Assembly: GCA_031414535.1 (NCBI GenBank)
Contig: JANNVQ010000054.1
Coordinates: 1 to 64,000, forward strand
Source: Gemmatimonas sp.
GTDB lineage: Bacteria; Gemmatimonadota; Gemmatimonadetes; Gemmatimonadales; Gemmatimonadaceae
Direction of reading: 5' to 3'
Length of the DNA stretch: 64,000 nucleotides
In this document: piece by piece, positions 18,610 through 28,936 of the stretch
Layout: the number at the start of each line of letters is the position of its first letter
Numbering within the stretch: position 1 is the stretch's first letter
Notes under the pieces: model-generated
Database searches by the model: none
What the model was told of the DNA's origin: nothing
The model's input: the letters and a program-made list of their open reading frames with translations, nothing else
Program-made: the position numbers and the translations under genes

Positions 18610-20430
18610 TCAGGGCTGCCTGCGACGCGGAGCGGCGGTGCTGCTGGGGCGAACGGCTGGCGGCGCCGCTGGGCCTGCTGGCCTCGCACTCGGCGATGAC
18701 CCTGGCGCTGGCGCTGGCGCTGGAGCTACCGCTGCCGTGGCACCCGGCTGATACGCAGGCCCGCGCACCGCGCGACCCGGCTTGGCCCCGGTGTGCTGAC
18801 CGTTACGCCACACCGCCTTGCCGTTCACAAAGGTCGCCACGACTCCGGTTGACACCTGATGCGGCCGCTCGAAGGTAGCGCGGTCATTGATGGTGTTGGG
18901 ATCGAACACCACTACGTCGGCGAAGAAGCCTGGCGCGAGCAGACCGCGCTCTTGGATGCCAAGTCGCCGTGCCGTGGCCGACGTCATCTTACGAATGGCG
19001 TCCTCCAGCGGGATGACCTGTTGGTCGCGCACGTAGGGGCCGAGCACGCGAGTGAAGGTTCCATACGAACGCGGGTGGACGAGCCCTGAGGCGGCGCGCG
19101 GATTCGGGCCACCGGCATCGGAGCCAATCTTCATCCAGGGCCGGCGGAGATTCTCCACCACGTTCCGCTCGTCCATCAGGAAGTAGATGGTTTCGACGCG
19201 GCTCCGCTCGCTACGAATGAGCGTGAATGCCGCCTCAATCCAGTCCTGACCGCGAGCCTGGGCAATCTGCGACAAGCGCATGCCAGAGAAGCGACGCAGC
19301 GAGTCAGTACCGAGCCGCGAGATGAGCACGCCTTCTGGCCCAGCGAGCTTGCAAAGATTCTCCCAGGTGGAGGTCGGATTCTCAATCTCGGCGCGGATTT
19401 TGGCGCGCTCGTCGGCGGAACGCAGTCGCGTGTACAGACTCGCCCCCTGGGCCGAGGGCGGTAGGCAGGAGGTGAGCCCAGTGGCCGCGGCCACGTAGGG
19501 GTACATGTTCGCTTCAATATCGAGGCCCGTAGCGCGCGCATCTTCAATGCGCGCGAGTGACTCGGGGCCCTTGTCCCAGTTGTCGCGACCGGCCGCCTTC
19601 AGATGCCAGATCTCCACGCGCACGCCGGCCTCGCGCCCAATGCGAATGGCTTCATCGAGACCGTCGAGCAGGCCGTCACCCTCTGAGCGCAGGTGCGTCA
19701 CGTAGATGCCATCGAGCTCGGCCATCGCGCGGGACACTTCGATGAGTTCCTCCGCGTCGGCGAATGTGCCCGGCGCATAGATGAGAGCCGTGCCTACACC
19801 AAACGCGCCGTCTCGCATGGCGCGCTGCAGGGCACCCTGCATTTCGCGCACGGCGGACTCAGACGCGGGGCCGGTGCGCGTCCCCATTCCATATTGGCGC
19901 AATGTGTGCCCACCCACGAAGGCACCAACGTTCACCGAGGAACCGCGGCGCTCCATCGTCTCAAGGAAATTGCTGAATCCATTGGACTGAGAAAATCGGC
20001 GCGCCAGCGAATCCGGGCGCGCTCCGATGTTGCGCGGGTTGAGCGGTGCGTAGGTGGTGCCCTCGCCAATGATCTCTGTGGTGACACCCTGCGAGACCTT
20101 CGAAATCAGGCGGCTGTCGCCGTACAGGAAGTACCAACCGCTCTGGCCAAGGATGTCAATGAAGCCCGGCGATACCACCATGCCCGTGGCATCAATGGTG
20201 TCCTTGGCCTGACGGCCTTGCAGGAATCCCGCGGGGCCAACGAGGGCGACGCGGTCCCCGCGGATGGCAAGATCGCCGTCGAACGAAGGGCCACCGCTGC
20301 CATCCACGATGCGTCCGTTCAAAATGAGCACGTCGTAGGGTGGCACAGCTTGCTGGGCGTCCACGACAGTGGAAGCGACGAGGGCAAGACAAAAGGCGGC
20401 GCCGCGCGCGGAGAGACCGAAGATTTGCAC
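18610..20430 (-). CDS. Secreted N-acyl-D-amino-acid deacylase-like amidohydrolase
   Basis: Signal peptide, PGFID, YVTHLRSE, HLKAAG, GSDAG, HPRSYGTF, ADVVVFDP; Pro/Ala-rich tail. Confidence 0.85.
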   Translation of the reverse strand: MQIFGLSARGAAFCLALVASTVVDAQQAVPPYDVLILNGRIVDGSGGPSFDGDLAIRGDRVALVGPAGFLQGRQAKDTIDATGMVVSPGFIDILGQSGWYFLYGDSRLISKVSQGVTTEIIGEGTTYAPLNPRNIGARPDSLARRFSQSNGFSNFLETMERRGSSVNVGAFVGGHTLRQYGMGTRTGPASESAVREMQGALQRAMRDGAFGVGTALIYAPGTFADAEELIEVSRAMAELDGIYVTHLRSEGDGLLDGLDEAIRIGREAGVRVEIWHLKAAGRDNWDKGPESLARIEDARATGLDIEANMYPYVAAATGLTSCLPPSAQGASLYTRLRSADERAKIRAEIENPTSTWENLCKLAGPEGVLISRLGTDSLRRFSGMRLSQIAQARGQDWIEAAFTLIRSERSRVETIYFLMDERNVVENLRRPWMKIGSDAGGPNPRAASGLVHPRSYGTFTRVLGPYVRDQQVIPLEDAIRKMTSATARRLGIQERGLLAPGFFADVVVFDPNTINDRATFERPHQVSTGVVATFVNGKAVWRNGQHTGAKPGRAVRGPAYQPGATAAVAPAPAPAPGSSPSARPAGPAAPPAVRPSSTAAPRRRQP

Positions 20431-20448
20431 CGGCGTAAACTATCGGAT

Positions 20449-21972
20449 TCACCCGCCCTCTTGGGAGTCACCTCCCCGAAACAACAGTGCCTCGGCGATG
20501 GCACTGGGGCTGACTTTCTCTTCTCCCTCCAGATCGGCCGTCGTGCGCGCCACCCGCAACGTGCGGTGAAACGCCCGCGCCGAGAGCCGCAACCGCTCGG
20601 CGGCCTCAGCCAAGAGACTGCGCGCCTCCACGGTGAGTTGGCCGTGTTGCTGCAGCCAGCGACCGGGCGCCTCTCCATTCACGCGCACCCCAGGGAGGGA
20701 GGCGAAGCGCTTGGCCTGGATCGCGCGCGCCGCCGCCACCCGTAGCCGAATCTCCGCGCTGCTCTCCTCACGTGCCATCTCGCCCAGTGCGGCGAGCTTC
20801 ACCGCCCCGATGCGAACGTGCAGGTCAATGCGCTCCGCGAGTGGCCCAGAGAGACGCGACCGATAGCGCTGAATTTCCACCGCGGAGCAGCGACATCGAG
20901 CGCTCGGTTCACCGTCGTGGCCACAGGGACAAGGGTTCGCGGCACCAACCAGCAGAAAGCGCGCCGGAAACGACACGGCCTGAGACGCGCGCACGATGGT
21001 GACGCGCGCGTCCTCCAAGGGCTGCCGCATGGCATCGAGCACGTATCGCGGCAGCTCCAGCAGCTCGTCGAGGAATAGCACGCCCCTGTGGGCGAGAGAG
21101 ACTTCGCCCGGCCGCGGTCCCGGGCCTCCCCCGATGAGCCCCGGCAAGGAGATGGTGTGATGGGGCGCGCGAAAGGGCGGCACGCGCGTGGGCGCACGAT
21201 CCGCGGGAAGGATGCCGCCGACGCTGTGCACCGCCACAACCTCGAGCAGCGCATCGTCGTCGAGCGGCGGCAGGATGCTTGGAAGCCGTCGCGCGAGCAT
21301 GGTCTTTCCGGCGCCGGGCGGGCCCACCAATAGCAGGTTGTGTCCCCCCGCGGCGGCGATCTCCAGCGCGCGCTTGGCAATCGGCTGCCCGACGACCTCA
21401 CTGAAGCAGGCCTCGCTCGCACTCACGGGCGGCTCCGTGTGTGCAGGCGGGTCGGGCAAGGTACCCGCGCGAAGATGCGCCACCAGCTCGGCGAGTGAGC
21501 TGCACGGAACCAAGCGCACATCGCGCAGCAGTGCGGCCTCGGCGGCGTTGGCTGCGGGGAGGACGAGCGCGCGAACGCCCGCGTCCCGGGCGGCACGAGC
21601 GAGCGGTAAGGCGCCGCGCACGGGACGGATGCTCCCATCCAGTCCGAGTTCGCCCACGCAGAGGAGTCCCGCCACGCACTCCGGCGTGAGTTGCCCGCTC
21701 GCCACGAGTGCTCCTATGGCGACCGGCAAATCAAAGGCGGTCCCATCTTTGCGTACATCGGCGGGCGAGAGGTTTACGGTCCAGCGACGCGGCGGCAATT
21801 GGAGGCCGGCGTTGACGAGAGCCGCGCCCACGCGCTCGCGCGCTTCCTTCACAGATCCGCTGGGCAGTCCCACCATCGTCCATCCGGGGAGCCCAGCGGC
21901 GGCATCGACCTCAACGGTCACCTCGAAGGCGTCAACGCCGAGCACGGCGGCAGATTGAATGGCAGCGAGCAT
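20449..21972 (-). CDS. YifB/ComM family Mg-chelatase-like AAA+ ATPase
   Basis: VNLSPAD.RKDG..FDL, GPPGAGKT, PFRAPHH, PGEVSLAHRGVLFLDE, NPCPCG. ATG at 21972. Confidence 0.92.
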   Translation of the reverse strand: MLAAIQSAAVLGVDAFEVTVEVDAAAGLPGWTMVGLPSGSVKEARERVGAALVNAGLQLPPRRWTVNLSPADVRKDGTAFDLPVAIGALVASGQLTPECVAGLLCVGELGLDGSIRPVRGALPLARAARDAGVRALVLPAANAAEAALLRDVRLVPCSSLAELVAHLRAGTLPDPPAHTEPPVSASEACFSEVVGQPIAKRALEIAAAGGHNLLLVGPPGAGKTMLARRLPSILPPLDDDALLEVVAVHSVGGILPADRAPTRVPPFRAPHHTISLPGLIGGGPGPRPGEVSLAHRGVLFLDELLELPRYVLDAMRQPLEDARVTIVRASQAVSFPARFLLVGAANPCPCGHDGEPSARCRCSAVEIQRYRSRLSGPLAERIDLHVRIGAVKLAALGEMAREESSAEIRLRVAAARAIQAKRFASLPGVRVNGEAPGRWLQQHGQLTVEARSLLAEAAERLRLSARAFHRTLRVARTTADLEGEEKVSPSAIAEALLFRGGDSQEGG

Positions 21973-22073
21973 GGCGCCAATTCTTCGCCTTGCAGGACGG
22001 AATTTGACACCGCGTCCTTGCGGACGAGACCACCGCATTCCGCCTGCGCCTGTTGTCCGGCTACCTTACCTCA

Positions 22074-22583
22074 ATGCAATTCCGCGCCTTCTTCGCACTC
22101 TTTGCCGCCTGCATCGGCACGAGCATGGGCACGAGCAACGCCGGCGCTCAGGCGGCGCCTCGTGTGAGTGCGGGGACATTCATGGCGAGTCGCATTGATC
22201 GCGATTCCTTGCCGCAAACTGATCGTGTGGTTGATGACGATGGCACCACCTACCTGATTGTGTTCGACCGCCTCGTGCTGTCCTTGCGGGCCGACAGGAA
22301 GTTCCGGGCGTCCATCCGCTACCGTCGGACGCTCTATGCCTCGGACCCGCGCGGCCGCAATCGTACGATTCCGTTGCAGACGATGACGGTCACTGGCACC
22401 TATGAGGTTGTGGGAAGCGAGATTCGATTCCAGCCGGATCCATCCGAAGACACGCGAGGCTTGAGGATGCTTGCTGGCACCATCGTCGGCCCGCGCGAAA
22501 TCACCCTGCCCTTCCAATACCGCAACGGCACCCGCGAGCGCGATCGTACGCTCGTGATGCGCCGCAACGACAACGTGCTCTAG
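22074..22583 (+). CDS. Hypothetical secreted beta-rich protein
   Basis: Signal peptide, alternating beta-strand pattern, 2 bp upstream of the cyclophilin gene. Confidence 0.6.
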   Translation: MQFRAFFALFAACIGTSMGTSNAGAQAAPRVSAGTFMASRIDRDSLPQTDRVVDDDGTTYLIVFDRLVLSLRADRKFRASIRYRRTLYASDPRGRNRTIPLQTMTVTGTYEVVGSEIRFQPDPSEDTRGLRMLAGTIVGPREITLPFQYRNGTRERDRTLVMRRNDNVL

Positions 22584-22585
22584 TC

Positions 22586-23269
22586 ATGCGCCTTTTCTCA
22601 CTGCTTACCGTCGCCGCAGTCTCTGGACTCGCCGCCTGCGCACCTCAACAGGCCCGCACGAGGCCCGAGCCGGCTCCGCCCTCATACACACCAGGCGTGG
22701 TGCCCGACTCGTTCGTGGTGCGCCTTAGCACAAGTAAGGGTGAAGTGGATGCCATCATCCGTAGGAGCTGGGCTCCGCTGGGCGCAGCGCAATTCTACGA
22801 CGCGGTGTCCACCGGGTACTACGACGGCGCACGGTTCTTCCGCACCATTCGCGGCTTCGTCACCCAATTTGGGATTGCCGCAGATCCTGCAGTGAGCGCG
22901 CAGTGGCGCGGCAAGCAGATCGCCGATGATCCCGTAGCGCAAAGCAACCGCCGCGGTGCGCTGGTGTTCGCCACCGGTGGCCCCAACACACGGACCACGC
23001 AGATGTTCGTCAATCTGCGCGACAACGCACGCCTCGATGCGATGGGCTTTTCGCCCATTGGCGAGATCATTCGCGGCATTGATGCCATCGACTCACTGTA
23101 CGTGGGTTACGGTGACGGACCCAATGCTCCGCAGCAAGACAAGATTGGCGTCGAAGGTGAGGCCTACCTGGCGGCCAACTTTCCGCTCTTAGATCGCATC
23201 GTCGTGGCGAAGGTCGTCCGGGCTTGGTTCCCCGCGCCTGCTCCGGTGGCTCGTCCCGAAAATGACTGA
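22586..23269 (+). CDS. Cyclophilin-type peptidyl-prolyl isomerase, lipoprotein
   Basis: Lipobox LAAC, WAPLG, FFR...FVTQFG, GPNTRTTQMFVNL.DN..LD.MGF. Confidence 0.88.
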   Translation: MRLFSLLTVAAVSGLAACAPQQARTRPEPAPPSYTPGVVPDSFVVRLSTSKGEVDAIIRRSWAPLGAAQFYDAVSTGYYDGARFFRTIRGFVTQFGIAADPAVSAQWRGKQIADDPVAQSNRRGALVFATGGPNTRTTQMFVNLRDNARLDAMGFSPIGEIIRGIDAIDSLYVGYGDGPNAPQQDKIGVEGEAYLAANFPLLDRIVVAKVVRAWFPAPAPVARPEND

Positions 23270-23888
23270 ACTCGGCTTCACGCATCGCTGGGAACCGCGC
23301 GAGGGCGCCACCCGCACCCTCCTGCTCCTCCACGGCACGGGCGGCGACGAGAACGATCTTATCCCCGTCGGCGACATGCTCGACCGCGAGGCCAATCTGC
23401 TGAGCCCGCGTGGTCAGGTGCTCGAGAACGGCATGCCGCGATTCTTTCGTCGGCTCGCTGAGGGCGTGTTTGACATTCCCGATCTCAAGGCGCGCACGGA
23501 ATCGCTCGGTGACTTCGTGGCCGCTGCGAGCGCCGCGTACGCGTTTCCCACCAATCGTGTGAGCGCCGTGGGGTTTTCCAATGGCGCCAACATCGCCGCG
23601 GCGCTCTTGCTCATGCGCCCAGGGCTCGTGCAGGAAGCCGTGCTGCTCCGCGCGATGGTCCCGCTCGACGTGACGCCCCTCCCATCGCTCGTCGGCACGC
23701 GGGTCTTTCTCGCCGCTGGTGAGCACGACCCCATCATCCCGCCTAGCAACACGGAGCGGCTCGCGCAGATGCTGCAGGATGCCGGGGCCGATGTGACGCT
23801 CCGCTGGAGCCCCGTCGGCCATCAACTCACGCGCGAAGACGTTTCCGCTTCGCGCGCTTGGTTGCAAGCTCGCGCTGGCGCTTCTTAA
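23262..23888 (+). CDS. Alpha/beta hydrolase (phospholipase/carboxylesterase, MhqD-like)
   Basis: LLHGTGGDE, PRFFRR, GFSNGANIA, GHQL. Confidence 0.88.
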   Translation: MTELGFTHRWEPREGATRTLLLLHGTGGDENDLIPVGDMLDREANLLSPRGQVLENGMPRFFRRLAEGVFDIPDLKARTESLGDFVAAASAAYAFPTNRVSAVGFSNGANIAAALLLMRPGLVQEAVLLRAMVPLDVTPLPSLVGTRVFLAAGEHDPIIPPSNTERLAQMLQDAGADVTLRWSPVGHQLTREDVSASRAWLQARAGAS

Positions 23889-24345
23889 AGACGCTCACCG
23901 GCTCCATGATTGAGCCGCGGCACTTTGTGGTCCCACACAGGCACTTGTAGCGCTCTTCGTCTTCGGCCGTCTCGTCGCCGCTGCGCTCGTAACCGTAGTC
24001 GTAGTTCAGTTCCTCGCCAACGGCGATGTCCTTGATGGCCGAGATGAAGACACGCCCCTTCTCAATCGCTGCTTCGCAGTTGGGGTCGCAGGAGTGATTG
24101 ATGAACCGCGACTCGTTGCCGTCGTAGGTGGCGTCAATCACCATCCGAGAGGAAATGGTGAACAGAAAAGTGTGGTGTTCATCCATCGTGTCATCGTCGT
24201 AGCGCAGATTCGCTTGGGCGTGCGTGACGCGCTCGCCCACGTACTCGATGATTTGCTCACCCGACGTAATCGGGCGAACCGCGAACGCGCCTTTTCCGGC
24301 AACGACGGAATTGCGCACTTCAAAGGCTAGGGTCTTCTTGGGCAT
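23827..24345 (-). CDS. SET-domain lysine methyltransferase with post-SET motif
   Basis: GKGAFA, IIEYVGE, RFINHSCDPN, ELNYDY, CLCGTTKCRG. Confidence 0.9.
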   Translation of the reverse strand: MPKKTLAFEVRNSVVAGKGAFAVRPITSGEQIIEYVGERVTHAQANLRYDDDTMDEHHTFLFTISSRMVIDATYDGNESRFINHSCDPNCEAAIEKGRVFISAIKDIAVGEELNYDYGYERSGDETAEDEERYKCLCGTTKCRGSIMEPVSVFKKRQRELATKRAKRKRLRA

Positions 24346-24375
24346 CCGAGCAAACTAATCGCTACCGCAACGGGC

Positions 24376-26523
24376 TCAACGGATAATCGGTGCACCGAGC
24401 TCGAGACCGAAGTACCAGTTGCGGAGTGGAGCGGATTCATGCACGCGGCCAAACGCCCCATTGAGCGTGACCGCTCCCACATAGGGTGCATCGAGGGCGT
24501 TCTGCACCGAGATGAAGGGCTCCGCGCGCATTCCACGCCACAGAGCCGTGTACGAGGCACGAAGGTTCAGTTGGCCGTCTCCCCAACCCTTCACCGGCAC
24601 CAAGTTGCGATCGTCGCCAAAGATGTCGCTCTGGAAAGTGTGATCCGCGTCGAGGTGGAAGTTCCCGAGCGTGCTCCGAGCCCCGAGACGCAGGGCGCGC
24701 TTGGGCACACCGGCAAGTCGGTTCCCGTCGAGCGTGTCGGCCGTGGTGCTTGTCAGCGGCAGGATATAGTCCGCAAAGCGGTAGTCGGCGAGCGTCCACG
24801 CGGCCTGCAGATCCAACCAGCGAGCAGCGCGCGCGTTGAGGCCGAGTTCGATTCCACGGCTCCGCGTCTGCCCTGCGTTGCGAAAAAAGGCCCGACCCGC
24901 GGTTTCCAAGTACTGCACGATGGCGTCACTGGCATCTACCTGAAACAGCGCGAGTTCGTACGAGAAGCGTTCCAGAAGCGCGCCGCGTGCCCCGACTTCA
25001 ACCGTGCGAAGCCGCTGCGGACCGAGTTCTGGATTGAATCCACCCTGCCCGTCCGGGCGCACCTGCAATTCCGTGGTCGTGGGCGTCTCAAATGCGGTGG
25101 AAATATTGGCGTACGGCGCGAAGGCCGCACTCACGCGGTATACGGCACCCACGTGCCCCGTCACGGCGGTCAACAGACGGCTGCCCGTGTTGTCCGCACC
25201 ATCGCGCAGGAAGTTGTCGCGCACTTGGAAGCGGAGACGGTCCCAGCGCGCACCAACCGATGTCGTCAGGCGAGAGTTCGGCTCCCACTGCAGTTGGGCA
25301 AACGGCCCCACGCTCTGCACGACTTCGTTCTGGTCGACGAGGAGCGTATCCACCGGTGTCGTCGGGCGCCCTCCGGTGGCCGCTTGATTACGACGTACAT
25401 CAAACGAGCGCTGGTAATCGATGCCCGTGGCGAGCTTGGCGCTCGCGCTCAGTTGCCGGCTCAGGTCCACGCGCAGTCCCGTCACGCGTCGATCCAACGT
25501 CGAGTAGGTGCCGCGCGCTGAGGTCGCGGCAGTGGGGGCGCCCGGCGGTGCGACCGCCAATGCGTTGTCTACGAAGCGCCGCTGTCCGTAGATGGCGGTG
25601 CTCCATTCCGAGCGCTCCGACGCGCCGCGCAGGCGCAGCGACACATAGCGCTGCGAGACTTCTCGGCTCGCGCCGCGATTCACATTGGCCAGCGCTGCGG
25701 TATCGCGGTTGGCGGTGTACTCGGCGAGCGTGAGCGCGCCGGGATTCAGCGCCTTCGGAGTTTCCGCCGTACCCGCACGTAGCTGAAGGGTGAGACTTCC
25801 GCCGAGCGCTTGATCAACCGCTGCCATGAGCTGCTCGGTTCGCGCCGCTGAGTATTGACGGAATCCATCGGTACTCGTACGCGACACGCTCAACATTCCT
25901 AGGGTGTTGCCCGCGCGCCCCGAAAGCCGCAGTTGCGACTTAGCCAAGCCAAAGCTTCCGTTGGTCTGCCGCAGGGTGAACCCGAGCGGACTCGGGGCCG
26001 ACAAATCCGTGGTAAACGAGATCACGCCCCCAGACCCGTTGCCGTAGAGCGAAGACGCTGACCCACGGAGCACCTCAACCTTCGAAATGGCGCCGAGGTC
26101 CACGTTGGTGAGCTGGCTTTGGCCATCTGGCAAGGACTGCGGGATGCCATCGAGCAGCACCTTCACGCCGCGCAAACCAAAGTTGGCGCGGCTCCCCGCT
26201 CCGCGTATGGACACGCGTTGGTCGAGCGCGTAGTTGTACCGATTGGCCACCACCACGCCAGGGATGTTGGCGAGGGCTTCGTCAATGCCAACTGTGGCCT
26301 GGCCGCGGCGAATCTGCTCCACGCGCTGACTGCCGACGGCCCAGGGCAGGCGGTCAAGATTCGATTCGGCCCGGGTCACGTTTACGCGAACGGCGGCGAG
26401 GCGCTGTGCGGCAGCAGAATCTGTTCTCGCACTGTCCGCGGGCGAAGACTGACCCGCGAGAGGATTCGAAATTGCAAACAGCCCGACGCAGAGCGCGGAG
26501 AGGAGGCGAAATGTGCGCGACAC
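24376..26523 (-). CDS. TonB-dependent receptor
   Basis: Plug motifs SIRGAG...GVKVLLDGIP and EVLRGSASSLYGN, barrel motif FETPTTTE. GTG start at 26523 inferred from the signal peptide. Confidence 0.88.
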   Translation of the reverse strand: MSRTFRLLSALCVGLFAISNPLAGQSSPADSARTDSAAAQRLAAVRVNVTRAESNLDRLPWAVGSQRVEQIRRGQATVGIDEALANIPGVVVANRYNYALDQRVSIRGAGSRANFGLRGVKVLLDGIPQSLPDGQSQLTNVDLGAISKVEVLRGSASSLYGNGSGGVISFTTDLSAPSPLGFTLRQTNGSFGLAKSQLRLSGRAGNTLGMLSVSRTSTDGFRQYSAARTEQLMAAVDQALGGSLTLQLRAGTAETPKALNPGALTLAEYTANRDTAALANVNRGASREVSQRYVSLRLRGASERSEWSTAIYGQRRFVDNALAVAPPGAPTAATSARGTYSTLDRRVTGLRVDLSRQLSASAKLATGIDYQRSFDVRRNQAATGGRPTTPVDTLLVDQNEVVQSVGPFAQLQWEPNSRLTTSVGARWDRLRFQVRDNFLRDGADNTGSRLLTAVTGHVGAVYRVSAAFAPYANISTAFETPTTTELQVRPDGQGGFNPELGPQRLRTVEVGARGALLERFSYELALFQVDASDAIVQYLETAGRAFFRNAGQTRSRGIELGLNARAARWLDLQAAWTLADYRFADYILPLTSTTADTLDGNRLAGVPKRALRLGARSTLGNFHLDADHTFQSDIFGDDRNLVPVKGWGDGQLNLRASYTALWRGMRAEPFISVQNALDAPYVGAVTLNGAFGRVHESAPLRNWYFGLELGAPIIR

Positions 26524-26586
26524 GGTTTCTAGAAAGAGGTTGACGTTCCGACGCCCGCACTCCAAACTGGGCAAGTCATCAACGCG

Positions 26587-28893
26587 GTGAAGTTTTTGCG
26601 CCACGCCAGCCCAGACCCTTTGAACGACCCAATCGTCACGGAGCTGTCGCGCTGGCGGCGGGTCCTCAGCGCGGCTGTCCTAACAATAACGGCTGTGCTT
26701 CTCATTGCGTTCACCGCTGAGCGCATCACCACGCGATGGGTGTTGCACACCGGAAACGTACTCAGACTCGCCACGACCGCCGAGTCGCAGATTTTGGTCG
26801 CCGAGGCGGCCGTACGCGCGCTTCTCCTGCGCCCAGACGTTGACACCGCGAGAGCCCTATTGCGAGCCTCGCGCTCCGACTCGGCTCGCGTGCTACTCGC
26901 GGCACTCAAGGATTCTGTGAGCGGCAACGTTGGCCAGCGAGCACGGCTGGACTCCGTACTCGCTGCGCTAGACCGCTGGGAGTCGGCCTTCGCCAAGCCG
27001 GTCCGAGAGGGCGGGACGCTCACACGCGCCCTCGCGCTGCAGGGCACGCTGGCCTTCGACGCGCTCGTGCATCCGTTTGAAGACTTCATTAACGAGGAGT
27101 CCGCAGTACGCACGAAGCGGCTGAACGCGCAGTCCCTGGTCCTTTGGATATCGTTCCTCGTCTGCATGTTTGGTCTTGCGTTCGCGTTCATCGCTGGTCA
27201 GCGCCTCATGAGCGGCCTGCTCGCAAAGGCCGAGGAAGCCTCGGAGCGGCAGCGCACCGTTGAGGAGCAGGCCACCGAGCTCGAGCAGCAGACTGTGGAG
27301 CTGGAGCAGCAGACCAGGCAACTCGAGGAGCAGGCCACGTTGCTCGAGGAAAAGATTGCCGAGCGCGATGCAACCGTGTCTCTCTTGGACGAGACTTCGC
27401 GGTTCCTCGACTCCGCGATTGACAGTTCACCCTACGGCATCGCGTTCTGTGATCGTGAGCTCCGCTTTCAGCGGATCAACAAAGCACTCGCCGAAGTCAA
27501 CGGCCAAGCGCCGGAAGCCCACATCGGGAAATCCATCGAGGAAATGCTTCCTACCCTCGCCCCCACGCTGCGCCCTCTGTTCGAGCGGGTGCTGAACTCA
27601 GGCGAGACCATCACGAACATGATCGTCGAGGGCGTGACGGCCGCCGCACCCGCTGGGCCGCGACGCTGGGCCTGCACGTACTACCCGATTCCCGCAGCGG
27701 GCCATCTGATGGGCGGAGTCGGTTGCATCATCCTCGATGTCACAGAACAACACAAGCTTGAGCAGCAACTGCGCCAAGCCCAGAAGTTGGAGGCGGTGGG
27801 ACGACTCGCAGGAGGTATCGCCCACGACTTCAATAACGTGCTTACCGTCATCCAGAGTTATGCCGAAGTCCTGAGCATTGAACTCGAAGAACGGCAGCTG
27901 GGTCGCGAAGAAGTGGATGCCATTCGTGCGGCGGCGAATCGGGCCGCGGGACTCGCGCGGCAGCTGCTGGCCTTCAGTCGCCGCGATGTCATCATCCCCC
28001 GCGACGTGGATGTGCGCGAGGTGATTCTCGGCATCCAACTGATTCTGCGACGGCTCGTGCCCGAATCGGTGACGCTGTCGCTTGAACTCGAGGAGACGCC
28101 ACTCATCGTCCGGATTGACGCCGGGCAATTCGAGCAGGTGTTGATGAACCTCGCTATCAACGCGGTGGACGCCATGCCGTCCGGTGGGACCCTCAGCATC
28201 ATCACGCGCCGCGGCCCCAACGCCGAGGATGGCAGCGGTACGATGCTCCTGAGCGTCACTGATTCCGGCACGGGCATGACGTCGGAAGTTCAGGAGCGCC
28301 TCTACGAGCCCTTCTTCACCACGAAGCCGGCGGGGCGCGGCACGGGACTCGGGCTCGCTACCTCTTACGCCATCGTGACCGAAGGGGGCGGCCGAATCAC
28401 CGTCGAGAGCAAGATTGGCGAGGGGAGCCGCTTTGACGTTGTCTTTCCGCTTTCAGCATCCGTCGCCTCGGCGCAAAAGCGACGCTCAAGTCCGCAACGT
28501 GGGGTCGACATCAGCACGGCCTCCGAGCGCATCCTTCTAGCCGAAGACGAGCCGGCGATCCGCACGGCGCTCGCGCGCATCTTGCGCAGCGCCGGCTACG
28601 AGGTGCTCGAGGCCGAACACGGCGGCGAGGCCTTGCGACTTTCCGAAGCTGAGCCGAGACCCATTGACCTGCTCCTCTCCGACGTGATGATGCCGGGCGT
28701 CGGTGGGAAGGAGCTGGTACAGCGTCTCACGGTACTGCGGCCGGAGATTCGCGTCGTGCTCATGAGCGGCTACACGGACGATGAGGCGCTGCGCGCTGAT
28801 CTCGGCGCGGCGCGCTACGCCTTCCTCCAAAAACCGTTCGCCGCGCGGGACTTGCTGAAGGTGATTCGCGCCGCACTGGACCCAGAGAGCTGA
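26587..28893 (+). CDS. Hybrid histidine kinase (2 TM, coiled coil, PAS, HisKA/HATPase, REC)
   Basis: [53 protein letters not shown]. Confidence 0.9.
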   Translation: MKFLRHASPDPLNDPIVTELSRWRRVLSAAVLTITAVLLIAFTAERITTRWVLHTGNVLRLATTAESQILVAEAAVRALLLRPDVDTARALLRASRSDSARVLLAALKDSVSGNVGQRARLDSVLAALDRWESAFAKPVREGGTLTRALALQGTLAFDALVHPFEDFINEESAVRTKRLNAQSLVLWISFLVCMFGLAFAFIAGQRLMSGLLAKAEEASERQRTVEEQATELEQQTVELEQQTRQLEEQATLLEEKIAERDATVSLLDETSRFLDSAIDSSPYGIAFCDRELRFQRINKALAEVNGQAPEAHIGKSIEEMLPTLAPTLRPLFERVLNSGETITNMIVEGVTAAAPAGPRRWACTYYPIPAAGHLMGGVGCIILDVTEQHKLEQQLRQAQKLEAVGRLAGGIAHDFNNVLTVIQSYAEVLSIELEERQLGREEVDAIRAAANRAAGLARQLLAFSRRDVIIPRDVDVREVILGIQLILRRLVPESVTLSLELEETPLIVRIDAGQFEQVLMNLAINAVDAMPSGGTLSIITRRGPNAEDGSGTMLLSVTDSGTGMTSEVQERLYEPFFTTKPAGRGTGLGLATSYAIVTEGGGRITVESKIGEGSRFDVVFPLSASVASAQKRRSSPQRGVDISTASERILLAEDEPAIRTALARILRSAGYEVLEAEHGGEALRLSEAEPRPIDLLLSDVMMPGVGGKELVQRLTVLRPEIRVVLMSGYTDDEALRADLGAARYAFLQKPFAARDLLKVIRAALDPES

Positions 28894-28936
28894 GGAGAGC
28901 GAAGGGTCCACGCTCGGTTCCCTCGCGCCGCACCAA

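Noticed and set aside
18700..18730. CTGGCG hexamer repeat
   Set aside because: It encodes the Pro-Ala linker in the aminoacylase tail.
27262..27350. 21-bp tandem repeat in the hybrid kinase
   Set aside because: It encodes ordinary coiled-coil heptads (ELEQQ) of a signalling helix.
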